A DNA stretch of 40,318 nt. It comes from a virus (taxonomy: Duplodnaviria > Caudoviricetes). Shown here in pieces: positions 26,589-34,445 of the stretch. Within the stretch, counting starts at the first letter, position 1; each line of letters starts with the position of its first letter. The stretch covers positions 1 to 40,318 of the IMG/VR virus record IMGVR_UViG_3300044728_000127; one strand, written 5' to 3'. Position numbers and translations under genes: made by a program. The notes beneath the pieces were generated by a model. The model did no database searches. It saw nothing but the letters and a program-made list of their open reading frames with translations, and had not been told where the DNA came from.

Positions 26589-28334
26589 TTACCCGATAAT
26601 CTCCGCAACCGACTTGCCTGAATCCAGCTGGCGCTTGACCCACTCGCTCATGTCAGTCTTCGCCGCAATCGACCCCTGGATCGCCTCGTCGATTGACTTC
26701 TCGATCACAAGGTCGACGATTGTGACCACGTTACGCTGGCCGATGCGGTGGGAGCGATCTTCAGACTGCGCCCGGTCGATATACGCGAAGGTGCCCGAGT
26801 AGTACACCATTATGTCGGTTTCGCCGCTGATGAGCGTCAGCCCCAGACCAGCCGCAGCCGGATTCCCAATGAGGAAGCGGCAGGTCGGGTCGCCATTATA
26901 CCGGCGCTCCGCTTCAGCACGCTCCTCAGGCGTAGTCTCCCCGTAATAGTCGACGACCGACGCGCGCCCATACTTCTTGATGAGCGTTTCCTTGATCAGT
27001 TCGATTTCGGGAATGTAGCGCACCCAGATGATGAACTTGCTGCCGACAAGGTGGTCTTCAATCACTCCCAGGAGCGCGTCCATCTTGGGATTTGCGAATA
27101 ATGGACGGCACGTTGTCTTCTGGGTTTCTTCGTCGGTTTCGGGTTCGAATCCGCCGACGACTTGCTGGAGTCGGAGCATTCGCTCGAGCACGTTCTTGAC
27201 GCTGATGGCGGCGCCTTCCCCGATTCCTGAAACAATCTTTTCGAAGAGTCTTGTCTGGTCGACGCTGGCCTCAACGGTGATAGTCTTATAAAGTTTCGGG
27301 GGAAGTGATAGCACATCTTTCCCGACCTCAATTGTATAAGGTCGCACACATCCCATAAGTTCTTCAGTGTTCGCATAGCCGATTATCTGCCTATCTTCGT
27401 AGCCGCCCATGACGACATACCGGGACTTGAAGGCCCAATAATCGCCGCTTCCGATGATGTTCGGGTCCAAGAACTGGTACTGCGACCACAGATCGTGCAA
27501 GCCCAGGGCAATCGGCGTCCCGTTCAGAATCATCTTGAACTTGCACATCGCAGCAATGTCGATGCACCGCTTCGTGCGGGTCGCCTCGGGATTCTTGATC
27601 CGGCTGGACTCGTCGCAGACGCCCATTACGTACTTGTTGTCAGTCACGAAGGGCAGCATGCTGTCGTAGTACTTATCACTGATGCCCAGGCCCTCGACGC
27701 CCACAAGCAGGATGTGAAGCTTCTCGGGGTCCGAAGCAATCCACTTCTCGTAGACGCTCGGGCTGGTCTTGTTCCAGCGCTTCACGTTGCTGGTCGCGTG
27801 GTCCAGGATTGTGAACTTCTTCTTGTCCGCGAACTGGTTGAACTCGCGCCTCCAGGTACGCCGCAGGGTTTGCGGACAGATAATCACGACCCGCATGATT
27901 TCCATGGCCTCAAATCGGGCCATGGCCATATTCACTGTCACGAAGGTCTTGCCGGTCCCCATGGTCGCGAACAGGGCGTACGCCTTGAGTGCCCACCCCC
28001 GGTCGAGCATGGGCCATTGATGCTCCATCGGCTGTTCACGCCTCCCCTCGAACCAGGGGCGTGGGAAGGGCTTGTAGATTGGCCCTTGACTCAGGCGCTC
28101 CAGGTCCCCGATCGCGTCCTTCGCCGCATCGGTGAGCGTCATCGACACTCGACCGTGCAGGTGCTCGAGATGCTTCGCGTTGGACTTGACCAGCGGCACG
28201 TGCCACGCCTTTGTCTTGGGGTCGAAGCGCCGCGACGGGAATGAACGCATGACGTCCACAAACATGAAGCCGCCCTTCAACACGAGGCGCTGACGCGCCG
28301 GGTCGAAGTCGATATTGATGGTGTCGACGCTCAT
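26589..28334 (-). CDS. SNF2-family (SF2) helicase
   Basis: MGTGKT Walker A, CDESSRIKN, LNGTP, GLGLTL and QSEDRSHRIGQ motifs. Confidence 0.92.
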   Translation of the reverse strand: MSVDTINIDFDPARQRLVLKGGFMFVDVMRSFPSRRFDPKTKAWHVPLVKSNAKHLEHLHGRVSMTLTDAAKDAIGDLERLSQGPIYKPFPRPWFEGRREQPMEHQWPMLDRGWALKAYALFATMGTGKTFVTVNMAMARFEAMEIMRVVIICPQTLRRTWRREFNQFADKKKFTILDHATSNVKRWNKTSPSVYEKWIASDPEKLHILLVGVEGLGISDKYYDSMLPFVTDNKYVMGVCDESSRIKNPEATRTKRCIDIAAMCKFKMILNGTPIALGLHDLWSQYQFLDPNIIGSGDYWAFKSRYVVMGGYEDRQIIGYANTEELMGCVRPYTIEVGKDVLSLPPKLYKTITVEASVDQTRLFEKIVSGIGEGAAISVKNVLERMLRLQQVVGGFEPETDEETQKTTCRPLFANPKMDALLGVIEDHLVGSKFIIWVRYIPEIELIKETLIKKYGRASVVDYYGETTPEERAEAERRYNGDPTCRFLIGNPAAAGLGLTLISGETDIMVYYSGTFAYIDRAQSEDRSHRIGQRNVVTIVDLVIEKSIDEAIQGSIAAKTDMSEWVKRQLDSGKSVAEIIG

Positions 28335-28534
28335 TTCAACCCCCGCTTGATCATGCCTTCGATGAACTCGCGCTGCTCGGGTGGAAGCGCCAACAGGTCA
28401 ACAAAAATGGGCGGCACCGGCTGCATGGCCTTTATCTTGACCAGTTCATTGATTATCGGCTTGGCCGCAGCTTCGTAGTCCCGACGTATCGTAGCCAGTC
28501 GCTCGTATAAGTAGTTCTCATAGTCCTCGTTCAT
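28331..28534 (-). CDS. Hypothetical protein (67 aa, MNEDYENY...)
   Basis: ATGA overlaps at both ends. Confidence 0.55.
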   Translation of the reverse strand: MNEDYENYLYERLATIRRDYEAAAKPIINELVKIKAMQPVPPIFVDLLALPPEQREFIEGMIKRGLK

Positions 28535-28890
28535 TTCATCCCCTTCAACTCCATGACGGTGAAGCCCTGCTGGGCCATCTTCATGGCGAACCAGTAGTGG
28601 CGGCGCTCGCCCATGCTTATGGCGGTCACTTCCGCCTTGATGCGCTCGACCAGATCGGCCAGTTCCAACGCCTCCCCGTGGTCGACGGCCCTTGCACGCT
28701 CGAGCCACTGGCCCATGAAGGCATCAAGCGACTCGGCGGTGCCGTCGATCAGGAATTTGACGATGCCGTCCTTCGCCTCCTCGATCATTACTTCGCGTGC
28801 CGCCTTGGCGCGCTCGTTGATGGCCTCCTTCATTTCCTCGTGGCGCGCGAAGAGGTTGATTCCGCTCGTGATTTTTGCTTCAGTGTTCAC
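28531..28890 (-). CDS. Hypothetical protein (start uncertain, GTG 28890)
   Basis: ORF track 28531..28905; GTGA overlap at 28887-28890. Confidence 0.55.
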   Translation of the reverse strand: MNTEAKITSGINLFARHEEMKEAINERAKAAREVMIEEAKDGIVKFLIDGTAESLDAFMGQWLERARAVDHGEALELADLVERIKAEVTAISMGERRHYWFAMKMAQQGFTVMELKGMK

Positions 28891-29054
28891 TTTGTCCAGC
28901 CCCAAAAAAGAATAATGCCGAGAATTACGCCGATCGCACCGGCAAGCAGTGCGCTGCCGTAGCGCTTGTACCAGCGTAGACGCCGATAAGGCCCGAATCC
29001 TGCGGGCGCCCGGTCGTACTGGCTAATCTGCCGCCTGCCCTTCAGCGGTCGCAT
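28887..29054 (-). CDS. Small basic single-TM protein (55 aa; not in ORF track)
   Basis: MRPLKGRRQ...YGSALLAGAIGVILGIILFWGWTK fills the gap between neighbours. Confidence 0.45.
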   Translation of the reverse strand: MRPLKGRRQISQYDRAPAGFGPYRRLRWYKRYGSALLAGAIGVILGIILFWGWTK

Positions 29055-29317
29055 ACTTTTTTCACATTCGTGACGTAGTTGTGCAACTCACCGATGACCC
29101 GATTCAGGCGAAGTACCTCGTCGGCCAGGACCAGTGTGAGGTACGCCAATGAGGTCTTGCCAAAGCCTTCGGTCCCGTGCAGGACCGACTCGTTCAGCTG
29201 TTCCACGTGGAACACGTTGGCAGTGGTCAGAGCCTCGACGCCCTGGAAGGGCGAACCTGTCTTAATCCACTCAGCCGCGCGTGGTGACCGCGCAAATAAA
29301 ACTTGAATCTTGGGCAT
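29042..29317 (-). CDS. Hypothetical protein (91 aa)
   Basis: AGGAG/AAGG RBS before ATG. Confidence 0.55.
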   Translation of the reverse strand: MPKIQVLFARSPRAAEWIKTGSPFQGVEALTTANVFHVEQLNESVLHGTEGFGKTSLAYLTLVLADEVLRLNRVIGELHNYVTNVKKVCDR

Positions 29318-29429
29318 CCTTAACTCCTATAGGTTGATGTGTTCAGTGTCCCGCAAGACTTCAATCCTACTCACCCACGGTGGGCTTTTGAATTGGGCGC
29401 CTGTCCCCGCGCCCTTGCCGCCCTCTGGC

Positions 29430-30053
29430 TCAGATTTCGGCTGCTTCCTCCTGCTTGGCGTCATCACCTTCGCCGTCTTCGTCCTTCTCGTCCTCGTCTT
29501 CGGGACCTTTGCCCTTCGGCAGGTACTCCTCGCGAGCCTTCAGGACCGTTTCGAGCGTGATGGCGGCGCCGTTCACTTCCTGCGCGCGCTTGATGGCGCC
29601 ACGCAGCCGGTTGCGGAGGTTCATCGATTGCTGGCCGTAGTTCAGATGGGCGTACTTGTTGGTCGTCTCGCCCAGCACCTTCAGCAGCAGTTCGACGATC
29701 TTGTCGGCGGGGACCGATTCGAGCGCCTGCGCCACCGGGTCATTCGAGTGCAGCTGGCCGTTGATGCCCTTGATGTACTGCGTCTTCGCGCGCTCGGCCA
29801 GACCCAGGAGCGGGCCGTCGTAAGTGCGCACGCGGGGCGGCTTGGCTTCCTTCGCCGCCAGGGCGTCGGCTGCGGCCTTCTCGTTCGCTGCCTTGCGATC
29901 GGCAATCGCCTTCTCGCGCTCGGCCTGCTTGACGAGCTTCAGCTTCTCGGCTTCCTCCTTCTTCTTCGCTGCGTCAGCAATGCGCTTCTCCTTCGCGGCG
30001 ATCTTGGCCTTCGCCAGTTCCTCGGCCTTCTGTTGTGCGGTCTGTTCGATCAT
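29430..30053 (-). CDS. Early protein with GQQSMNLRN domain, Lys/Ala/Glu-rich N-terminus and acidic tail (207 aa; paralogue of 33056-33679)
   Basis: AAGGAG RBS before ATG 30053; directly downstream of promoter 30103-30131. Confidence 0.8.
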   Translation of the reverse strand: MIEQTAQQKAEELAKAKIAAKEKRIADAAKKKEEAEKLKLVKQAEREKAIADRKAANEKAAADALAAKEAKPPRVRTYDGPLLGLAERAKTQYIKGINGQLHSNDPVAQALESVPADKIVELLLKVLGETTNKYAHLNYGQQSMNLRNRLRGAIKRAQEVNGAAITLETVLKAREEYLPKGKGPEDEDEKDEDGEGDDAKQEEAAEI

Positions 30054-30102
30054 AGTAGATTCTCCTTCGGGTTGCGTCGGTTCGGTTGAGTCGACAGTTT
30101 CG

Positions 30103-30131
30103 ATTGTACCACGCGCTGCGGGGCGTGTCAA
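30103..30131 (-). promoter_or_regulatory. sigma70-type promoter (TTGACA-17-TACAAT)
   Basis: - strand TTGACA CGCCCCGCAGCGCGTGG TACAAT. Confidence 0.85.
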
Positions 30132-30225
30132 CCCCACTTCACCTGGACGTCTGTAAGATGGCCACATAAACGTGTTTATCCCTGATTTGAGAATTGAAAT
30201 AGCGCTCGCGAGGAGCGCCGCGCTT

Positions 30226-30477
30226 CTAGCCTCTGATCTTTTTGTACCTTCCATCCTCCTGCCTTTCGTACTGTTGCCCAAAGCCGGTGCCCAGGCGACA
30301 CCGGTGTTCGGTGAAGCAGCCCACGCACATGTTTGCCCACTTGCCGCGAAGCCCCATCACCTTCGCGTCGTAGAAGATATCGTCGATGGCGGCTGTGCAC
30401 AGATCGCACTCGATCGGGGGATTCGAGTGATACGCGAACACAACGTCATCGGCCTCGGATGGGTGAAAGTCAGGCAT
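30226..30477 (-). CDS. Small Zn-finger-like phage protein (CDLC...CVGC..H..LGTGFGQ)
   Basis: Two CxxC pairs; AAGGAAG RBS. Confidence 0.65.
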   Translation of the reverse strand: MPDFHPSEADDVVFAYHSNPPIECDLCTAAIDDIFYDAKVMGLRGKWANMCVGCFTEHRCRLGTGFGQQYERQEDGRYKKIRG

Positions 30478-30616
30478 CTTCCTTCTCCAGTTGGTCTTCA
30501 ACGCCTTCGATGATGGCCTCGTACTTGCGCGCTGTTACCAGCGACCCGAGCACGTAGCCTAATGAGAACAGTATGCAGGCGCACGCATACAATACCCAGG
30601 GGTCATTCCAGTTCAT
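30470..30616 (-). CDS. Small membrane protein (48 aa, MNWNDPW...)
   Basis: GGAG RBS, ATGA overlap, single TM. Confidence 0.5.
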   Translation of the reverse strand: MNWNDPWVLYACACILFSLGYVLGSLVTARKYEAIIEGVEDQLEKEDA

Positions 30617-30798
30617 TTGACCGTCTCCTTCCAGGCGTTGAATTCCGCCTCGGTGATGGCCTCGTAGGTGCACTGCTCGCTGGCCTTCATGGCTGCGACC
30701 GTTTCGTCCAGATCGACCTTGTACGTCGACATGACTTGAATGCACCACGGCTCGCATCCGCCTTTTATCGGCGTGACCTTCAGAAATATGCAGACCAT
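30613..30798 (-). CDS. Hypothetical protein (61 aa)
   Basis: AAGGAG RBS. Confidence 0.55.
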   Translation of the reverse strand: MVCIFLKVTPIKGGCEPWCIQVMSTYKVDLDETVAAMKASEQCTYEAITEAEFNAWKETVK

Positions 30799-30807
30799 AA
30801 CACTCCT

Positions 30808-30966
30808 TCAAAAGCCCCCCGAAGGGGGCGGACTATCAAACGACCAGCGCGCGAGCCGCCAGCCCAGCGAAATCAGGTCGTCGAGCGACCACTCGAGCCA
30901 CGAAGAGCGGGCCGACACAGAGACAAGGACCCGATCGGAGCCAAGGGCGACAAGAGCGAAGGTCAT
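30808..30966 (-). CDS. Small A-poor ORF MTFALVALGSDRV... (52 aa), or an ncRNA
   Basis: AGGA RBS; bracketed by promoter 30995-31023 and terminator 30810-30829. Confidence 0.4.
   Translation of the reverse strand: MTFALVALGSDRVLVSVSARSSWLEWSLDDLISLGWRLARWSFDSPPPSGGF
30810..30829 (-). terminator. Intrinsic terminator
   Basis: - strand GCCCCC-TTCG-GGGGGC-TTTT (UUCG tetraloop). Confidence 0.7.
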
Positions 30967-30994
30967 GGGCGTATCCTGAGTTGAGGGAACCTCT

Positions 30995-31023
30995 AGTATA
31001 CCACATGCTGCGCACCTTGTCAA
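30995..31023 (-). promoter_or_regulatory. sigma70-type promoter (TTGACA-17-TATACT)
   Basis: - strand TTGACA AGGTGCGCAGCATGTGG TATACT. Confidence 0.85.
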
Positions 31024-31029
31024 CCCCCC

Positions 31030-31224
31030 TTAGCGCCACGAGTTACACACGACGAACACGAGGGTCCAGAAGGCCAGGAAGCCTGTGAAGCTTATCACGC
31101 CTACGAGGCTGAACTCGCGCGTAAACGCGAAGAGCCAGCGCACGACGCCTGCCCACTGGTAAAGAATCAGCGCCCCGAAGACTGAGGCGCACGCGATTGC
31201 GTTGATGTGTTCCACGTGAATCAC
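31030..31224 (-). CDS. Small two-TM membrane protein (64 aa)
   Basis: Two hydrophobic segments; GTGA overlap with upstream gene. Confidence 0.5.
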   Translation of the reverse strand: MIHVEHINAIACASVFGALILYQWAGVVRWLFAFTREFSLVGVISFTGFLAFWTLVFVVCNSWR

Positions 31225-31472
31225 TCCGTAGCAGCTTGCAGAACGACCGGGTTGCCCTCTTCGTCTTCAGCGATGAGGGTGAAAGTCTCGTCGAGCCAGA
31301 CCATCGCCAGATCGCCCGTGCCGAGTGCTTCAAACAGCAGATTCTGTTCAAGCTGGCTGCAGGCTTCGAGTTGTGAATCGGTCAATTCAACGGGGGCGTC
31401 CAGCTGCCAGCGCGCAAGCTTTGTTAGCTCGGCGTGCTGCTTTGCAGGGATGATTCGGATGGTTGATTCCAT
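31221..31472 (-). CDS. Hypothetical acidic protein (83 aa)
   Basis: GGAG RBS. Confidence 0.6.
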   Translation of the reverse strand: MESTIRIIPAKQHAELTKLARWQLDAPVELTDSQLEACSQLEQNLLFEALGTGDLAMVWLDETFTLIAEDEEGNPVVLQAATE

Positions 31473-31512
31473 TTGTGCTCCAGGGGCGGGGGGCCGACGC
31501 CCCCCAGGTGAA

Positions 31513-31716
31513 TCAATAGACCGACAGGGCGTGAACGCCGCAGACGTCGCCGATGGTATTCAGCGCCTCACGCACAGGCTCGCGCGAATCGGCACTGGCC
31601 AGCGCCAGGATGCTATCGCGAAGCACGGGCGTGATGCCGTACTCGAATACCTCGTAAATCTGATCAGACGTCAGATCGGCGCAATGGGCGGCAAAGGTCA
31701 GGATGGGATCGAACAT
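31513..31716 (-). CDS. Hypothetical protein (67 aa)
   Basis: GGAG RBS; directly downstream of sigma54 site 31755-31769. Confidence 0.6.
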   Translation of the reverse strand: MFDPILTFAAHCADLTSDQIYEVFEYGITPVLRDSILALASADSREPVREALNTIGDVCGVHALSVY

Positions 31717-31754
31717 GCTAGGACTCCAAAGGTTGAGGGGGCACTACAAAAGTA

Positions 31755-31769
31755 GCAACCCCCGTGCCA
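31755..31769 (-). promoter_or_regulatory. sigma54 (-24/-12) promoter
   Basis: - strand TTGGCAC-GGGGG-TTGCT, intergenic, ~40 nt upstream of ATG 31716. Confidence 0.75.
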
Positions 31770-31770
31770 A

Positions 31771-32271
31771 TTACTCGGCCTGCGCTTCGTCGCTGCAGAC
31801 CAGGACGTAGACGTCCTGCTTCGAGATGACTTCCTTGGACTCCTTCAGCACGCGCTGGCATGTGACGCTGTCGGACTTCACCTGGACTTGCAGGCACACG
31901 CTGATTTCGGGCCGGTACTGGAAGTGCGACTCCTTCTCCAGAAACTTGAACTTGTACATGCGCGTCATGTTCGCCGCGTGGTCTTCGCTCTTGACTTCAT
32001 CGGCGTCGATGTACGCCTCGAGAATGTCTGCCAGCGCCTTGCAGCTGAACCCATCGACGTTGTGCATGTAGGCGTTCACTTCGATGCCCGTGCCCCAGAC
32101 GCTGATGCTTGGCTCCCAGCGCAGCCACTTGGCCTCGAACGCCTTCAGGAGGGGCGCCAGCCGGTGGTTGATTTCGGCGCGTGCCGTGCGCAGGAAGGCC
32201 TGCTTGCGGCGAATGGTCTTGACGTCGTATTCGTACGACGCGATTGCTTCGGTGACGGGACTCTTCTGCAT
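31771..32271 (-). CDS. Hypothetical early protein (166 aa)
   Basis: AGGAG RBS; downstream of promoter 32305-32333. Confidence 0.7.
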   Translation of the reverse strand: MQKSPVTEAIASYEYDVKTIRRKQAFLRTARAEINHRLAPLLKAFEAKWLRWEPSISVWGTGIEVNAYMHNVDGFSCKALADILEAYIDADEVKSEDHAANMTRMYKFKFLEKESHFQYRPEISVCLQVQVKSDSVTCQRVLKESKEVISKQDVYVLVCSDEAQAE

Positions 32272-32304
32272 TTCAAACTCCTATGGGTGGGGGACGATAT
32301 CTCG

Positions 32305-32333
32305 ATTGTACCACGCCCCGCAGGGCGTGTCTA
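32305..32333 (-). promoter_or_regulatory. sigma70-type phage promoter (TAGACA-17-TACAAT) with palindromic spacer
   Basis: - strand TAGACA CGCCCTGCGGGGCGTGG TACAAT. Confidence 0.75.
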
Positions 32334-32340
32334 GTACCCT

Positions 32341-32568
32341 TCAGACGCTACGGCGAAGGCCGTATGCAAGGCCGTTCCGGTACGCCCAATGGGTCTTCGC
32401 GTTCTCGGGGTGGCCGGCGATCTGCGCCTGCTTCGCTTCGCGCAGGCGCCTCACTTCACCGACCCGGCGCTCGTACGCCTTCATGGCCTTGGCGTCTGCG
32501 ACGCCTTGTTCGTACGCCTGAAGCATGCGCTCACACAGGGCGGTGGTCATCACGTCGGTCTTTCGCAT
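32341..32568 (-). CDS. Hypothetical protein (75 aa)
   Basis: GGGAG RBS; AYEQG...AYRNG motifs. Confidence 0.55.
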   Translation of the reverse strand: MRKTDVMTTALCERMLQAYEQGVADAKAMKAYERRVGEVRRLREAKQAQIAGHPENAKTHWAYRNGLAYGLRRSV

Positions 32569-32569
32569 G

Positions 32570-32776
32570 TCAGGCTCCCAGCGCGTCTTGAATGTCACGG
32601 GCGATGCGCTCCAGGCGCTCTTCGATGCTCAGCATGTCCTCTTCGACGTCGGGCAGCGGCAGGCCGAGCACTTCCGAATACGTCGCGTAGCGAGCGCCTT
32701 GGTGCAGCTGGTCGAGCGCCTGCTTCAAGAAGGTGACTTGCTCGGGCGTCAGGATCAGGGTCTTCAGGGTCTTCAT
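32570..32776 (-). CDS. Hypothetical protein (68 aa)
   Basis: GAGG RBS. Confidence 0.6.
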   Translation of the reverse strand: MKTLKTLILTPEQVTFLKQALDQLHQGARYATYSEVLGLPLPDVEEDMLSIEERLERIARDIQDALGA

Positions 32777-32780
32777 GTCG

Positions 32781-33005
32781 TTACCTCAGATGGCCGACGC
32801 GCGGGGCGGCGTCGGTGATTGTGATGGTCAGGCCGTTCGCGTCCAGCTTCAGGCCGCGCAGGGCGGCGATGATGGCTTCGCGCAGTTCGTCTGGCGCGGG
32901 GTGCGAGTCGTCACCCAGGTGCAGCACCGGGTATTCGACCTTCAGGGCGATCGTGAGCGAGGCGCTCTTTGTCCCCTGTGGGGACGAAGTCTGATTTTGT
33001 TCCAC
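32781..33005 (-). CDS. Hypothetical protein (74 aa, GTG start)
   Basis: GGAGG RBS. Confidence 0.5.
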   Translation of the reverse strand: MEQNQTSSPQGTKSASLTIALKVEYPVLHLGDDSHPAPDELREAIIAALRGLKLDANGLTITITDAAPRVGHLR

Positions 33006-33055
33006 GTGGAACCTCCGAATGGTTGAGGGATGGCGCCCCGCAGGGCGCCCCCCGA

Positions 33056-33679
33056 TCAGGCTTCGTGCGCGGCCTTGAGGCAGGCTTCGACTTCGCCGAG
33101 CGTCAGCATGCCATTCTTCAGGGCGTGCCGCGCCTTGTTGCGCAGGTTCATGGACTGCTGCCCCTCGTTCAGCGCCAGATACGGGTTGCCTGGGAGCTTC
33201 AGCGCCATGATCAAGGCCGCGACGGTCACGGGCCGCTTGTAATGACCGCAGAGGGTCGCGAGCCGATCGCCGTTGCAGAGGATGCCGTTCGCCGCCTTCG
33301 AATAATGACGGCGTGCCGCCACGAGCGCCAGCATCGGCCCCTGATAGCGTTGCTTCTCCGCAACGGTCTCGCCGGTCAGGGGGTCGACGCCCTGCTCCGC
33401 GACATATGCTTCGAACGTCTGGCCTTCGGGGATCGACCCCGCCTCGGTCAGGGCGTCGAAGTCGACGCGCAGCGCCTTCAGGTATTCGGCGCGGTCGGGC
33501 GCCTCGGTGGCTTCAGCCGGGGGCGCCTCGACGGGGGGCGCCTCAGGGGTGGGGGCGGCCTTGGCGGCCTTCAGGGCGGCCTTCGACGCGGCCTTGCGAG
33601 CCTTGTCGGCAGCGGCGTCTGCCGCGATCTCGAAGCCGGTCTTGCTCAGCCCACGGATGGGCTGACGGGTGCGGGTCAT
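33056..33679 (-). CDS. First early protein, GQQSMNLRN domain (207 aa; paralogue of 29430-30053)
   Basis: AGGAG RBS; YQGPML...NG...D.LA...YLALNEGQQSMNLRNKAR. Confidence 0.8.
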   Translation of the reverse strand: MTRTRQPIRGLSKTGFEIAADAAADKARKAASKAALKAAKAAPTPEAPPVEAPPAEATEAPDRAEYLKALRVDFDALTEAGSIPEGQTFEAYVAEQGVDPLTGETVAEKQRYQGPMLALVAARRHYSKAANGILCNGDRLATLCGHYKRPVTVAALIMALKLPGNPYLALNEGQQSMNLRNKARHALKNGMLTLGEVEACLKAAHEA

Positions 33680-33739
33680 AGCGAACTCCTATCGAACGAT
33701 GCCGGTGGCCGACCGGTGGCGGTGTGCCCCCAAAAAGTA

Positions 33740-33971
33740 GCAAGCACCGTGCCAGATGCGCCACGGGGGGCGCAGGGGGGGCGGGGCGTGCAGCGGGGGT
33801 CATACCGGAAGGTTCGCAAGCGGCGTGCCAGGGGGTCGACGCCCCCGGAGGGGGGGATGGGCAAGACGCGTGCCAGCTGATATGACGCAACGTGTCATGT
33901 TTTATGACACAGCGTGGCCAGATGTGACTAGGCTCGTCATACTCGCGCGGCGCCTAGCAAGACGCGTGCCA
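33740..33971 (-). promoter_or_regulatory. Cluster of four tandem sigma54 (-24/-12) sites (33740-54, 33816-30, 33861-75, 33957-71)
   Basis: - strand TGGCAC-N5-TTGC: TGGCACGGTGCTTGCT, TGGCACGCCGCTTGCG, TGGCACGCGTCTTGCC, TGGCACGCGTCTTGCT. Confidence 0.75.
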
Positions 33972-34028
33972 GGGACGGGGCGTGGGGGGGTGTGCCATCC
34001 CCCCCGAGTCGGGGGTGGCTTGTAACAG

Positions 34029-34108
34029 CGCACCAGACTGGGGCGCGACTTGCAGCGATGCACAATTTTGGTGCAATGCACAGGGATGGTGCGCACCAGC
34101 GCAGGGCA
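34029..34108. promoter_or_regulatory. Cluster of NtrC-like enhancer boxes (TGCAC-N7-GTGCA)
   Basis: CGCACCAGACTGGGGCG 34029-45, TGCACAATTTTGGTGCA 34059-75, TGCACAGGGATGGTGCG 34077-93, CGCACCAGCGCAGGGCA 34092-108. Confidence 0.6.
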
Positions 34109-34123
34109 TCACGGGTCGGCCCC

Positions 34124-34268
34124 GCGCGCCACCCCCGTGACCCCCTCTCCCCCCCCCCCGAGGGATGGGGGGGCGTCGGACGTCGGCCCCCGCCCCGCCC
34201 CCCCGGCGCCCCCGCCCCCCCCGGTGGCGCCAGGGGGGGGTGCACGGGGGGTCACAGGGGGGTGCGCG
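34124..34268. repeat. GC-rich imperfect inverted repeat with long C and G tracts
   Basis: CGCGCCACCCCCGTGACCCCC ... GGGGGTCACAGGGGGGTGCGCG arms enclosing poly-C/poly-G runs. Confidence 0.65.
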
Positions 34269-34424
34269 ACACGTGGTATCGAAGCAACGTGGTAAGGGAC
34301 CAACGTTGGAGGGGCGCAACGTGGGATTCACGCAACGTGACTTGCGCGCAACGTGGGGGCAACGCAACGTGGTGTTGAAGCAACGTTGCATGAAGACAAC
34401 GTGGGATTCACGCAACGCGAAGGC
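34265..34424. repeat. Tandem array of 16-bp units with CAACGT core
   Basis: CAACGT at 34285, 34301, 34317, 34333, 34349, 34365, 34381, 34397; CAACGC at 34413; ACACGT at 34269. Confidence 0.92.
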
Positions 34425-34445
34425 TCGCAGTTAGCGCTCGCTCCG

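Noticed and set aside
30841-30960. A-poor tract as the variable region of a diversity-generating retroelement
   Set aside because: No reverse transcriptase gene and no matching template repeat seen in the genome
34265-34424. 16-bp array as a CRISPR or mini-CRISPR array
   Set aside because: Constant part is only 6 bp and the variable part 10 bp, far below CRISPR repeat/spacer sizes; no cas genes
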